A stretch of DNA of 41,884 bases from Clostridiales bacterium DTU064 (GTDB lineage: Bacteria; Bacillota; Clostridia; Oscillospirales; CAG-272). The stretch is taken from the NCBI GenBank assembly GCA_001513385.1, contig LFTK01000050.1, positions 1 through 41,884 on the forward strand. Direction: 5' to 3'. Below, piece after piece: positions 29,909 to 39,704 of the stretch (position 1 is its first letter; the number at the start of each line of letters is the position of its first letter). The notes under the pieces are model-generated. The model made no database searches. It saw nothing but the letters and a program-made list of their open reading frames with translations, and was not told where the DNA came from. A program made the position numbers and the translations under genes.

Positions 29909-30027
29909 ATGGATTGCCTACATCGCCGGATGCACCAGATTTTCTGCTACTCTTACTTCTCTTGTATTTTAATTTCAATTTCATCATATATTGTGTTGTT
30001 TTTTGTTTTATCTCTTTGTTGCCTTTA

Positions 30028-30660
30028 TCAGCCGTTGTAACGCGACTGAGCAAGCTCAATCTTACCCTCAGCTATGAGTGGCACTGCTTCGGCAACACGC
30101 GGGAAGGCTTCAAAGAGCTTTTTCCCGTCCTCCACCGTGAAGTTGCCCGTCACCCAGTCCGCAAGATCCCACTCAGATGAAGGCTTTGTGCCAACGCCGA
30201 TTCTTATACGCGGGAAAGCATCTGAATTAAGCTGACAAATAATGCTTTTAAGCCCGTTATGGCCGCCGTCGCTTCCGCGCGCCCGGATGCGCACTACTCC
30301 CGGCAGGAGGTTTATATCATCGCATATTATAAGGATGCGTTCTGTTGGTATCTTATAAAACTCAGCCGCTTCTCGTATCGCTTCACCGGAGTTGTTCATA
30401 TACGTCTGCGGCTTCATGACAAGCGCACGCACCCCGCCAAAGAAAGCTTCGCCGCATAGCGACTTAAAGCGCAAGCGCTTGACGGTGAAACCAAGCTCTC
30501 CCGCCATGTAATCGATAGCAAGAAAACCTGCATTATGGCGCGTACGCTCATACTTTTGCCCGGGATTGCCAAGCCCGGCGACAATCATTGATATAGGTTG
30601 TGTCGACTGCTCATCTTCTTTCTTCGATGTGCGCTTTAATAAATCAAATATGCTTGGCAA
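30028..30660 (-). CDS. pth: Peptidyl-tRNA hydrolase
   Basis: GLGNPG..YERTRHNAGF, KPQTYMNNSG, GGHNGLKSI; probable TTG start at 30660 after AGGAGGTG. Confidence 0.96.
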   Translation of the reverse strand: MPSIFDLLKRTSKKEDEQSTQPISMIVAGLGNPGQKYERTRHNAGFLAIDYMAGELGFTVKRLRFKSLCGEAFFGGVRALVMKPQTYMNNSGEAIREAAEFYKIPTERILIICDDINLLPGVVRIRARGSDGGHNGLKSIICQLNSDAFPRIRIGVGTKPSSEWDLADWVTGNFTVEDGKKLFEAFPRVAEAVPLIAEGKIELAQSRYNG

Positions 30661-30708
30661 AAAGCAGCCCACCTCCTACCTAAAACACAAATCAAGAAAA
30701 TCTTTTAT

Positions 30709-30737
30709 ATTATATACCATTTACGACTTGTTTACAA
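30709..30737 (-). promoter_or_regulatory. sigma-A promoter of pth-mfd
   Basis: TTGTAA-17 nt-TATAAT. Confidence 0.65.
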
Positions 30738-30806
30738 GCAAAAAATCGTTTGCTTTTTACCCCTTGCCGAACCCCGGACATATAAAAGGAAATTTTATAT
30801 AGGGTA

Positions 30807-30835
30807 TTGCAAACGATGTCGCTCTATGTTATAAT
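30807..30835 (+). promoter_or_regulatory. sigma-A promoter of tRNA-Trp
   Basis: TTGCAA-17 nt-TATAAT with TG extension; followed by leader hairpin AAACGCCGAT...ATCGGCGTTT. Confidence 0.75.
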
Positions 30836-30875
30836 CAAAAACGCCGATTGTAATCAAATATCGGCGTTTAAATAC

Positions 30876-30948
30876 AGGGGTATAGCTCAGCTGGTAGAGT
30901 ACCGGTCTCCAAAACCGTGGGTCGTGGGTTCGAATCCTTCTGCCCCTG
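30876..30948 (+). tRNA. tRNA-Trp (anticodon CCA), 3' CCA not encoded
   Basis: Cloverleaf: AGGGGTA/TGCCCCT acceptor, GCTC/GAGT D stem, loop CT-CCA-AA (30907-30913), TTCGAAT T loop, discriminator G. Confidence 0.96.
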
Positions 30949-30953
30949 TGAGC

Positions 30954-30990
30954 AAAAAAGACTGTCGATTCGTTTTCGACAGTCTTTTTT
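30954..30990. terminator. Bidirectional terminator after tRNA-Trp
   Basis: AAAAAAGACTGTCGA...TCGACAGTCTTTTTT. Confidence 0.85.
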
Positions 30991-31159
30991 GTTGTCATGT
31001 GTTAAGTAAAGCATCTTGCTTGTAAAATACAAACGCATATCCGGCATAGGAGATGTAGAAATATGTTCTGTTTTATATAGCAGTTACAATCAGAGCCTGT
31101 TTTTGTAGCCTTTTATGACGCACGAAACTGAAAACACTCTGTTATCATCAAAATCAGAT

Positions 31160-31801
31160 TTATTCGTTATTTTTTTCGGGCTCTTCTTTTTTATTTTTCA
31201 TACCGAAATCATAAAGGCTTGCAACAACAGGTGTTGCTACAAGGGTTAAAACAAGTTCCGGCAGCATATACGATATGTTGTAAATAAGAGCAAACATCCA
31301 CGGGCTGAATCTGTTGACTATGTTTGTAGGATCATCAGCATACCACTCAAGCCACAGCGAACGCCAGATAAAAACGCTTGCAAACATATGAATAACTGTG
31401 CGCGCAATAACTGTTATCGCTGAACCAAGCGCAACGGCACCATATTTTCCGTACTTACCGGAAAAAGCTTTCATCCTGATAAACATTCCCGCAAAGCCGA
31501 GAACTGTAAAGGCAAGAATATAGTCAAAAAGCGCACTTGCTACGATTCCCTGCCACGACGGTATATACGAAAAGTTAGAAAGCCCTAAAAGAAGCTGGAT
31601 GATTGAATAAACAAAAGCTGCAAAAAGCCCTTTTGTCACGCCATACCGTACGGAAATCATTATTATCGGAACCATCGAAAACAAAGTGAGCGAGCCGCCG
31701 TATGGCGCTTTATAGACTACAATGAGCGAAAGTACTGTTGCAAGAGCTATGAGTGATGCGCTCTCTGCAAGATAACGGAGACTAAACTTTTTTTCCTTCA
31801 T
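31160..31801 (-). CDS. thiT: Energy-coupling-factor thiamine S-component
   Basis: PYGGSLT..SMVPI...RYG..G, LFDYILAF..LG.AG, YNISYM; directly under a TPP riboswitch; start set at MKEKK. Confidence 0.92.
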   Translation of the reverse strand: MKEKKFSLRYLAESASLIALATVLSLIVVYKAPYGGSLTLFSMVPIIMISVRYGVTKGLFAAFVYSIIQLLLGLSNFSYIPSWQGIVASALFDYILAFTVLGFAGMFIRMKAFSGKYGKYGAVALGSAITVIARTVIHMFASVFIWRSLWLEWYADDPTNIVNRFSPWMFALIYNISYMLPELVLTLVATPVVASLYDFGMKNKKEEPEKNNE

Positions 31802-31823
31802 TTTTTCACTACCTTTCTTTTGC

Positions 31824-31858
31824 AAAAAAAATCCACCCGAAGATAATCTCCGGGTGGA
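31824..31858 (-). terminator. Riboswitch expression-platform terminator upstream of thiT
   Basis: Minus strand TCCACCCGGAG...CTTCGGGTGGA-TTTTTTTT between aptamer and RBS. Confidence 0.8.
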
Positions 31859-31901
31859 AATGTTATTTATAAAGATAATATCAAAAATGAACTTATCAAA
31901 T

Positions 31902-31993
31902 AAATAAACTTCCTACGCCGGAATTACCCGTCTCAGGTTCTGGGGTTCGGCATTCGCCATCTCAGCCGCTTTTCGCAGCACCCCCGTTTATTT
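31902..31993 (-). ncRNA. TPP riboswitch (THI element)
   Basis: Minus strand AAATAAAC-GGGGGTGC..GCTGAGA..ACCC..AACCTGA..GGGTAAT.CCGGCGTAGGAA-GTTTATTT with P1 AAATAAAC/GTTTATTT. Confidence 0.93.
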
Positions 31994-31999
31994 TGACAT

Positions 32000-32028
32000 A
32001 TTATATACCCAATATTCATGTTTGTCAA
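32000..32028 (-). promoter_or_regulatory. Consensus sigma-A promoter of riboswitch-thiT
   Basis: TTGACA-17 nt-TATAAT, ending 6 nt before the aptamer. Confidence 0.85.
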
Positions 32029-32102
32029 GAGAAAAAGGATAATATAGCAGGGCTTTAAAGAAAATACCAATGCCAATACTTTATATTTTCGATCGGATTT
32101 AT

Positions 32103-32131
32103 TTGACACAATCGTTTTTCCACGGTATAAT
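32103..32131 (+). promoter_or_regulatory. Consensus sigma-A promoter of guaB
   Basis: TTGACA-17 nt-TATAAT. Confidence 0.85.
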
Positions 32132-32158
32132 TAATATTTAAAAATTACTTGAATTTGA

Positions 32159-33664
<1,506 letters not shown>

Positions 33665-33676
33665 AAGGAGGATAAA

Positions 33677-34690
33677 TTGAACACAAGAAGCTACGTCGAT
33701 AAAACAAAAAAACGGCCGAATATCGTTGGTTTGATTTTTTTAGCCATCGGCTTGATTTTCTTGTTTGCCCTTATCGGAACTTGCTGGTATACGGTTGATG
33801 AGCAAGAAACAGCCGTTGTCACGACATTTGGGCGCGTTACGGCGACAAACGGCGCCGGAATCCACTTTAAGATTCCGTTTGGCATTCAAAAAGTTAAAAC
33901 CGTTGAGACAAACGTTTATCAGAAAATTGAAATAGGTTATGCGACAAAAGAAGACGGCACTTATACATCGGTTGAAAGCGAAAGCAAGATGATCACCGGT
34001 GACTACAACATCGTCAACGTCGACTTTTTCGTGCAGTACAAAATCTCCGACCCCGTTAAATACCTTTACAACTCAGCGAATCCGGACATGATATTGAAAA
34101 ATCTTGTCCAGAGCCAGATAAGAAGCGTTATCGGCTCAACAAATGTTGACAGTGTTCTGACAGACGGGAAAACAGAGATTCAGATTAAAGTCAAGGATTT
34201 GATTACCGAAATCTTGGCAAATTACGATATTGGCCTGATACTAACTGACGTGACAATTCAAGACAGTGAACCTCCGACAGAAACTGTAACGGCAGCTTTT
34301 AAAGCCGTTGAAACAGCAAAACAGGGTGCTGAAAAAGCAATTAACAATGCAGAAGCATATCAAAACGCACAAATCCCGGCAGCACAAGCAAAGGCAGACT
34401 CGCTTAAAAAGAATGCTGAATACTTAAAGCAAAACAGAATAAACGAAGCTGTCAAAGCCGTTGCCAAGTTCAATGCAATGTACAACGAGTACGTTAATAA
34501 TCCGGACATTACCCGTATTCGTATGTATTATGAAACAATCTCAAAGGTTTTGCCGGACGTAAAACTTTATATTATTACAACAAATGAAAAAGGCGTCGAG
34601 ACGCTTTTACCGCTCGATAATTTTGCTAACAATAGCGGCATAAATAATAGCGGCACCAACAATAAAAATACAGGGGAGGTAGCACAGTAA
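33677..34690 (+). CDS. hflK: FtsH modulator HflK (SPFH domain)
   Basis: N-terminal TM, VVTTFGR..G.HFKIPFGI, MITGDYNIVNV..VQYKI.DP, PDITRIRMYYET; TTG start after AAGGAGG. Confidence 0.9.
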   Translation: MNTRSYVDKTKKRPNIVGLIFLAIGLIFLFALIGTCWYTVDEQETAVVTTFGRVTATNGAGIHFKIPFGIQKVKTVETNVYQKIEIGYATKEDGTYTSVESESKMITGDYNIVNVDFFVQYKISDPVKYLYNSANPDMILKNLVQSQIRSVIGSTNVDSVLTDGKTEIQIKVKDLITEILANYDIGLILTDVTIQDSEPPTETVTAAFKAVETAKQGAEKAINNAEAYQNAQIPAAQAKADSLKKNAEYLKQNRINEAVKAVAKFNAMYNEYVNNPDITRIRMYYETISKVLPDVKLYIITTNEKGVETLLPLDNFANNSGINNSGTNNKNTGEVAQ

Positions 34691-35587
34691 ATGAAAAAGA
34701 AAACAATTATAGGTCTTATAATCACCGGTGTTATCGTAATTTTTGCTGTTGCTATTCTCTTTGACTGTTTTTACATCGTTGCTGAAAACGAATTCGCATG
34801 CGTTTTCCGTTTTTCAAAAATGATAGATATTACCGACGAAGCCGGGCTTCACTTTAAGGCTCCGTTTGTCGACGAAGTGCGTTCGTTTCCGGACACCGTG
34901 ATGCTCTATAATGTCCCACAGTCCGAAGTTTTAACAGCAGACCAGAAAAGTATGACTGTTGACAGCTACCTTATCTGGCGTATAACCGATCCGCTTCTCT
35001 TCTATCAGACACTCGGCACAATATCTGAAGCGGAAACGCGCCTTGACGCTCTTACATATAACTCACTGAAGAACCTGATGGGTACGCTCAAGCAGGACGA
35101 TATCATCAACGAAGAAGCCGTAACCGCCCGTAAAGATATTTATGCGGGTATAACAACCGACGTCGCAAAAAACGCAGCTGTTTACGGCATCTCTGTTATC
35201 GACGTTAAGATTAAACGCTTCGATCTCCCCGAGGCTAACGAGCAGGCTGTTTATGAGCGCATGATTTCCGACCGCGAGCGAATCGCTGCCGAGTATACGG
35301 CAAACGGCGAATACCAGGCTTCTCTTATTAAAAATGAGGTCGATAAAAAGGTTAATATCATAATCTCCGACGCCGAAGCGGAAGCCGCGAAAATTGAAGC
35401 TGAAGGCGAGGCTGAATACATGCGCATTCTCGCCGAAGCATATGATACAGAAGACAAACGCGACTTCTATGAGTTTATTAAGGCTCTTGAAGCACTTGAA
35501 GCTTCGCTAACGGGCAACGAGAAAACTGTTGTCCTCGGTCCTGATTCAGCCCTCGGCCGTATACTCATAAACTCAGTCGGTAAATAA
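34691..35587 (+). CDS. hflC: FtsH modulator HflC (SPFH domain)
   Basis: GLHFKAPFVD, VLTADQK..VD...WRITDP, IKRFDLP..N..AVYERMISDR, DFYEF; ATG abuts the hflK stop. Confidence 0.92.
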   Translation: MKKKTIIGLIITGVIVIFAVAILFDCFYIVAENEFACVFRFSKMIDITDEAGLHFKAPFVDEVRSFPDTVMLYNVPQSEVLTADQKSMTVDSYLIWRITDPLLFYQTLGTISEAETRLDALTYNSLKNLMGTLKQDDIINEEAVTARKDIYAGITTDVAKNAAVYGISVIDVKIKRFDLPEANEQAVYERMISDRERIAAEYTANGEYQASLIKNEVDKKVNIIISDAEAEAAKIEAEGEAEYMRILAEAYDTEDKRDFYEFIKALEALEASLTGNEKTVVLGPDSALGRILINSVGK

Positions 35588-35683
35588 TAACCGAAACTTC
35601 GGGCATTGCACCGTAGGAAATATATAAAATTCTCTCCAGCAGTGCGAAATATCACAATAGTAATATAACCGTATAAAACAACT

Positions 35684-35718
35684 AAAGCCAAGCTCTATTT
35701 GAGTTTGGCTTTCATTTT
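35684..35718. terminator. Hairpin terminator between convergent hflC and ABC-F
   Basis: AAAGCCAAGCTC-TATTT-GAGTTTGGCTTT. Confidence 0.65.
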
Positions 35719-35834
35719 GCAGTATATAGTATATTATGTTTTATGTTATGTTCAATAAAGTTTTGGCAGGGAGAACGTCTGTTTTAAGTTACACCACTTC
35801 AGGTAAGGCTTATGTGGTATATCTACGCGCTAAA

Positions 35835-37808
35835 TCACTGATTCTGCAGCAGCTTTTCAAGCGCTTCCTGCTCCTCGTAGAGAGCATAAAGCCGTTCCTC
35901 AAGCTGTATGCGCCTGTCATCAAGTTCAGCCGCGCGTATATAATCTGTTGCTGCTTCACCGTATAGTTCGCTTTCCACTTTAACAAGCTCCGCTTCTGCC
36001 GCTTCAATCTCTGCTGCTATTTTTTGCGCCATATGCTCACGCTTGCGGCGTTCTGCTGCTTCCTTTTTTGCATTAATGTACTGCCTTTTCGCTTCACTTT
36101 CCTTGTTTTGCGAGGATTGATTCTGCTCTTCCTCAGCTTTGGCTTTTGCTGCAATATAATCAGCATACTCCGAGTATGTGCCCTCAAAACAAACAGCGCC
36201 GTCAGGTGTAAGCGGAAGGATACGCGTCGCCAGCCGGTCCATGAAATACCTGTCGTGCGACACAGCAATTATTGTGCCTTTAAACTCAGCAAGCGCTGCT
36301 TCAAGCACCTCGCGTGATTTTATGTCAAGGTGGTTTGTCGGCTCGTCAAGTATGAGCACATTAACGGGTGAAAGCATGAGCTTGCAAAAGGTCAGCCTTG
36401 CCCGCTCGCCGCCGGATAGCACGGAAACGGGCTTTTCAATATCGTCACCGATGAAAAGGAACTTCGCAAGAGCGCTTCTCACTTCTGTTTGCGTAAGTTT
36501 CGGGTACTGACTCCATATTTCCTCGATAACGGTGTTTTCAGGGTCAAGGTTCTGGTTTTCCTGATCGTAATAATAAACCTCGACGTTTACTCCGTATTCG
36601 ATAACGCCCTCTTTTGGCGTCAGTTTTCCCGTCAGAAGCTTTATCAGCGTTGATTTACCGCATCCGTTCGGGCCGATGATGAAAAGGCGATCAAGGCGTT
36701 TTACAGAAAACGATAGATTCGTAAAAACAGTTTTATCGCCATATGCCACACTCAGCCCGCGAACGTCAAGCACATCATTTCCGCTTCTGCCGGAACTTTC
36801 AATCTTAAAATTTATTGACTTCGGCAGCGGGTCAGGCTTGTCCACAAGCTCCATGCGCTCTAAATATTTCTCGCGGCTTCGTATCGTCACGAAATTCCGC
36901 TCGCGGCCAAAACGACGCTGCTGCTCGATTATGTCATGCTGGCGCTTTATCTCTTTTTGCTGCTGCTCATAAAGGCGCATTTGCGCTTCTCTCTCGGCTT
37001 TCTTCTGCTCCTCATAGCCTGAATACGGAGCATTGTAAAGCTTTGAGCGCTTGTTTTCAATTTCAAGCGTCTTTGTCGTCACACGATCAAGAAAATATCT
37101 GTCATGGGAAACAACAATGACAGTTTTTTTGTATGTTGAAAGGAAGCCCTCGAGCCATATAAGCGAATCCATGTCAAGATGGTTCGTCGGCTCGTCAAGC
37201 ATAAGTATGTCAGGCTCCGACAGGATGAGCCTTACGAGGGCAAGACGCGTCCGCTGCCCGCCGGAGAGCGACGATACAGGCAAATCATGATATGTCTTAT
37301 CAAATCCAAGCTTCGCAAGAACCGATGCGCACAGCGATTTATAATAATTTCCGCCGTTTTCATTATAAAACTGCATAAGAGCGCTATGTTCACGAACTGC
37401 GCGCGCATATGTGTCAAGCTCGGGTGACACGTTTGCCATAAAATTTTCGAGTACTGCCATGCGTTTCTCTGCTGCAACAAGGCGCGGAAAAGCACGGTAC
37501 ATCTGTTGAAGAACTGTCGCCTCGCTGTCCGTATTACTTGCCGCGTCACCATCACTGTTAACCGACAATTCAAAAGGATCGTCCTGCCGCAGAAGCCCGA
37601 TTGTTTTACCCTTAGCGATATAAATGCTGCCATTATCGGGACGGGTGTCGTCATCGCCATATATCATTGAAAGAAGCGTTGATTTACCACATCCGTTTAC
37701 CCCGATAATACCAAGCTTGTCGCCCTCGTTTATGGAAAAACTTATATCCTCAAATATAGTCGTCACGCCGTATGAAAGCGAGACGGAATCAACAGTTAAA
37801 ATCGTCAT
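35835..37808 (-). CDS. ABC-F ribosome-associated ATPase (YdiF/Uup-like, with C-terminal coiled coil)
   Basis: Two NBDs (GVNGCGKS/GPNGCGKS, LSGG, LDEPTNHLD, VSHDRYF), inter-domain linker, no TM segments. Confidence 0.92.
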   Translation of the reverse strand: MTILTVDSVSLSYGVTTIFEDISFSINEGDKLGIIGVNGCGKSTLLSMIYGDDDTRPDNGSIYIAKGKTIGLLRQDDPFELSVNSDGDAASNTDSEATVLQQMYRAFPRLVAAEKRMAVLENFMANVSPELDTYARAVREHSALMQFYNENGGNYYKSLCASVLAKLGFDKTYHDLPVSSLSGGQRTRLALVRLILSEPDILMLDEPTNHLDMDSLIWLEGFLSTYKKTVIVVSHDRYFLDRVTTKTLEIENKRSKLYNAPYSGYEEQKKAEREAQMRLYEQQQKEIKRQHDIIEQQRRFGRERNFVTIRSREKYLERMELVDKPDPLPKSINFKIESSGRSGNDVLDVRGLSVAYGDKTVFTNLSFSVKRLDRLFIIGPNGCGKSTLIKLLTGKLTPKEGVIEYGVNVEVYYYDQENQNLDPENTVIEEIWSQYPKLTQTEVRSALAKFLFIGDDIEKPVSVLSGGERARLTFCKLMLSPVNVLILDEPTNHLDIKSREVLEAALAEFKGTIIAVSHDRYFMDRLATRILPLTPDGAVCFEGTYSEYADYIAAKAKAEEEQNQSSQNKESEAKRQYINAKKEAAERRKREHMAQKIAAEIEAAEAELVKVESELYGEAATDYIRAAELDDRRIQLEERLYALYEEQEALEKLLQNQ

Positions 37809-37843
37809 AGCTTTTATATAATCTAAATTTTTATTTTCACCGT

Positions 37844-37870
37844 AAAAAACGGCCCTGTGAGCCGTTTTTT
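37844..37870. terminator. Terminator between the TPM gene and ABC-F
   Basis: AAAAAACGGC-7 nt-GCCGTTTTTT. Confidence 0.65.
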
Positions 37871-37953
37871 ATGTCTTTTTTTGTTTTATTTAAATATTGT
37901 CCTTTGTTATTTTATAGTGTTTCATTACTCTGCGGTTTCAATCTTAACTCATG

Positions 37954-38012
37954 GCTGTTTACGCTGTTAACAGCTGTTAACAGGTGTTTTTAGCTGTTTT
38001 CAGCTGTTTACC
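37954..38012. repeat. Six tandem copies of an approximately 10-bp unit (GCTGTTWWCA)
   Basis: gctgtttac gctgttaaca gctgttaaca ggtgttttta gctgttttca gctgtttacc. Confidence 0.8.
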
Positions 38013-38952
38013 TGCGGCCAATGCCACCACCACGGGTTCCGCCGCCACCGCCACGGCCGCCACCAAAGCCACCTGTGCGTCCACCGCCGAACCCGCCTGT
38101 ACGTCCGCCGCCAAAGCCGCCAGTTGATCTTGGCGGTCTTGGTGGTCTGGGCGGTGGAGGTGGAGGTGCACCGGGACCTCTCGGACCTCTGGGATGCCAC
38201 CACGGCCATATAATCCACCGGGGTCTGAAAAACCACCCACCGTAAAAACGCGGGCGCGTAAAGGAGCTAACAACACTTAAAACTATAATTAAAACGAGAA
38301 TTATAATTACAACTGCTAAGTAGCCGAGCGTAGCAATGAAAGAAATTAATCGGCTGAAAAAGCCTGGCTTTTGCTCCGCTTGATTCTGTCCGTCATATAA
38401 ACCATCGGGAAGATTGTTACTGCCGCCACCGAACGACATGGACTCAAGCTTCTCAACAAAAGCCTCAACTGTCGAGCTCGCAGCCTTATTATAATCTTTA
38501 TCTGCAAAGTACGGCTCTGTTCTATTATCAATTATCTTAGACAGGACGCTTGTAGGAAAATCATCCTCTATGCCATAGCCCGTCATGATGTAGTAGTTAT
38601 CATCGCCGATTGCAAAGAGGATTAAAACACCGTTGTTATAAACCGATGAGCCTATCCCCCAGTTATTGAATAGCCGATAGGCATAATCCTCAATGTCGGA
38701 CTCTGTCGAATCAACAGTCACAACGACAACCTGTGCACCGTTTTTAGACTCAAGCGATTTGTTTACTGAAATGATGTAGTCTTCTGTTGTCTTGTCAAGT
38801 ACGTTCGCAAAGTCCGCAACATAGAATTCCGCTGTTGGTTTTGGTATGTTGACAGCAGTAACAACAATTGTTGTGACAGCCGACAAGAACACCAAACATA
38901 CGATGGCCGCCAGTATCCTGCGAAGCCATTTTATATTTTTTATTTTTTTCAT
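38008..38952 (-). CDS. TPM-domain (DUF477) membrane protein with Pro/Arg/Gly-rich tail
   Basis: YVADFANVL, QVVVVTVDS, IEDYA..LFNNWGIG....NNGVLIL, TGYGIE; TM helix; GGFGGGRT repeats. Confidence 0.9.
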   Translation of the reverse strand: MKKIKNIKWLRRILAAIVCLVFLSAVTTIVVTAVNIPKPTAEFYVADFANVLDKTTEDYIISVNKSLESKNGAQVVVVTVDSTESDIEDYAYRLFNNWGIGSSVYNNGVLILFAIGDDNYYIMTGYGIEDDFPTSVLSKIIDNRTEPYFADKDYNKAASSTVEAFVEKLESMSFGGGSNNLPDGLYDGQNQAEQKPGFFSRLISFIATLGYLAVVIIILVLIIVLSVVSSFTRPRFYGGWFFRPRWIIWPWWHPRGPRGPGAPPPPPPRPPRPPRSTGGFGGGRTGGFGGGRTGGFGGGRGGGGGTRGGGIGRR

Positions 38953-39047
38953 TAAAGCTTAAAACCTCCGGGTACGGCGGTACATGCCGTTTTTATAATT
39001 TAAAGCTGTCCCTCGCAACTTGTAATCCACAATCAAAAAATCAATAC

Positions 39048-39680
39048 TCATTTATAGTATTCCGCTGCCGGCACTCCGACTAAAGACGCAATAATCTTCA
39101 CCGGGAAAGCTCCGCGGATTTTTTTGTTATATACTTCAGCTATTTCGTTATAAACAACAGCTTTATGATCAATTTTTGCCGCGTAGCTTTCGATGTCCTT
39201 TGCATAATATTTTGCGTTTGAAGCATCATCACCCCCGACCCCGGCAGCTTCTATTTTTGCTGCTACTGACTTAGCGGAAGATTTTAGGTCGTTCATTGCT
39301 TTTGCCGCCTCAGACGGCGAAACTGCCGTCCCGGCAGTAGCAACCGCTGCTTCAAGGCGCAAAACATCACTGTCTGTGCTTCCGAGATGAACCCGTGCAA
39401 GCGAAAGAAGCTTGCCACCCGCATCTTTTGATGCACCGACATAATAAAGAATGTCGCGCTCGTCGTCCGGGTATAAAGCTTCATATTTTGATGCGAGCGC
39501 ATCACCACCAAAGCCACTAAATTTCCGCGATAGCTTTTTAGGCTCTATGCTCTCATCAAAGACACCCTCAACAGTGCCGGCAAAGCCTGAGAGCGCACGA
39601 TAACCGCCAATTATAATAGACACTGCTATAAGAGCAGCCATTATTCCGGCAGCAAGACGCCTGTTATACAGAAAGTCCAT
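39048..39680 (-). CDS. Divergent LemA-like membrane-anchored helical protein
   Basis: N-terminal TM; C-terminus YNEIAEVYNKKIRGAFPVKIIASLVG resembles the LemA YN..V..YN..I..FP..IIA..G motif; next to a TPM gene. Confidence 0.6.
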   Translation of the reverse strand: MDFLYNRRLAAGIMAALIAVSIIIGGYRALSGFAGTVEGVFDESIEPKKLSRKFSGFGGDALASKYEALYPDDERDILYYVGASKDAGGKLLSLARVHLGSTDSDVLRLEAAVATAGTAVSPSEAAKAMNDLKSSAKSVAAKIEAAGVGGDDASNAKYYAKDIESYAAKIDHKAVVYNEIAEVYNKKIRGAFPVKIIASLVGVPAAEYYK

Positions 39681-39704
39681 TTATTTCACATCCATTCGAT
39701 GGGC

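Noticed and set aside
30876-31160. tRNA-Trp as an integration site
   Set aside because: No integrase or duplicated tRNA 3' end seen; flanks are housekeeping genes.
34628-34663. NNSG repeat at the HflK C-terminus
   Set aside because: A short 15-bp duplication in a low-complexity tail; ordinary.
37954-38012. Repeat array as CRISPR
   Set aside because: Units are 10 bp with no spacers, and there are no cas genes.
37977-38276. Alternative-frame ORFs over the TPM tail
   Set aside because: Stop-free because the Gly/Pro-coding DNA is GC-rich; no independent start signals.
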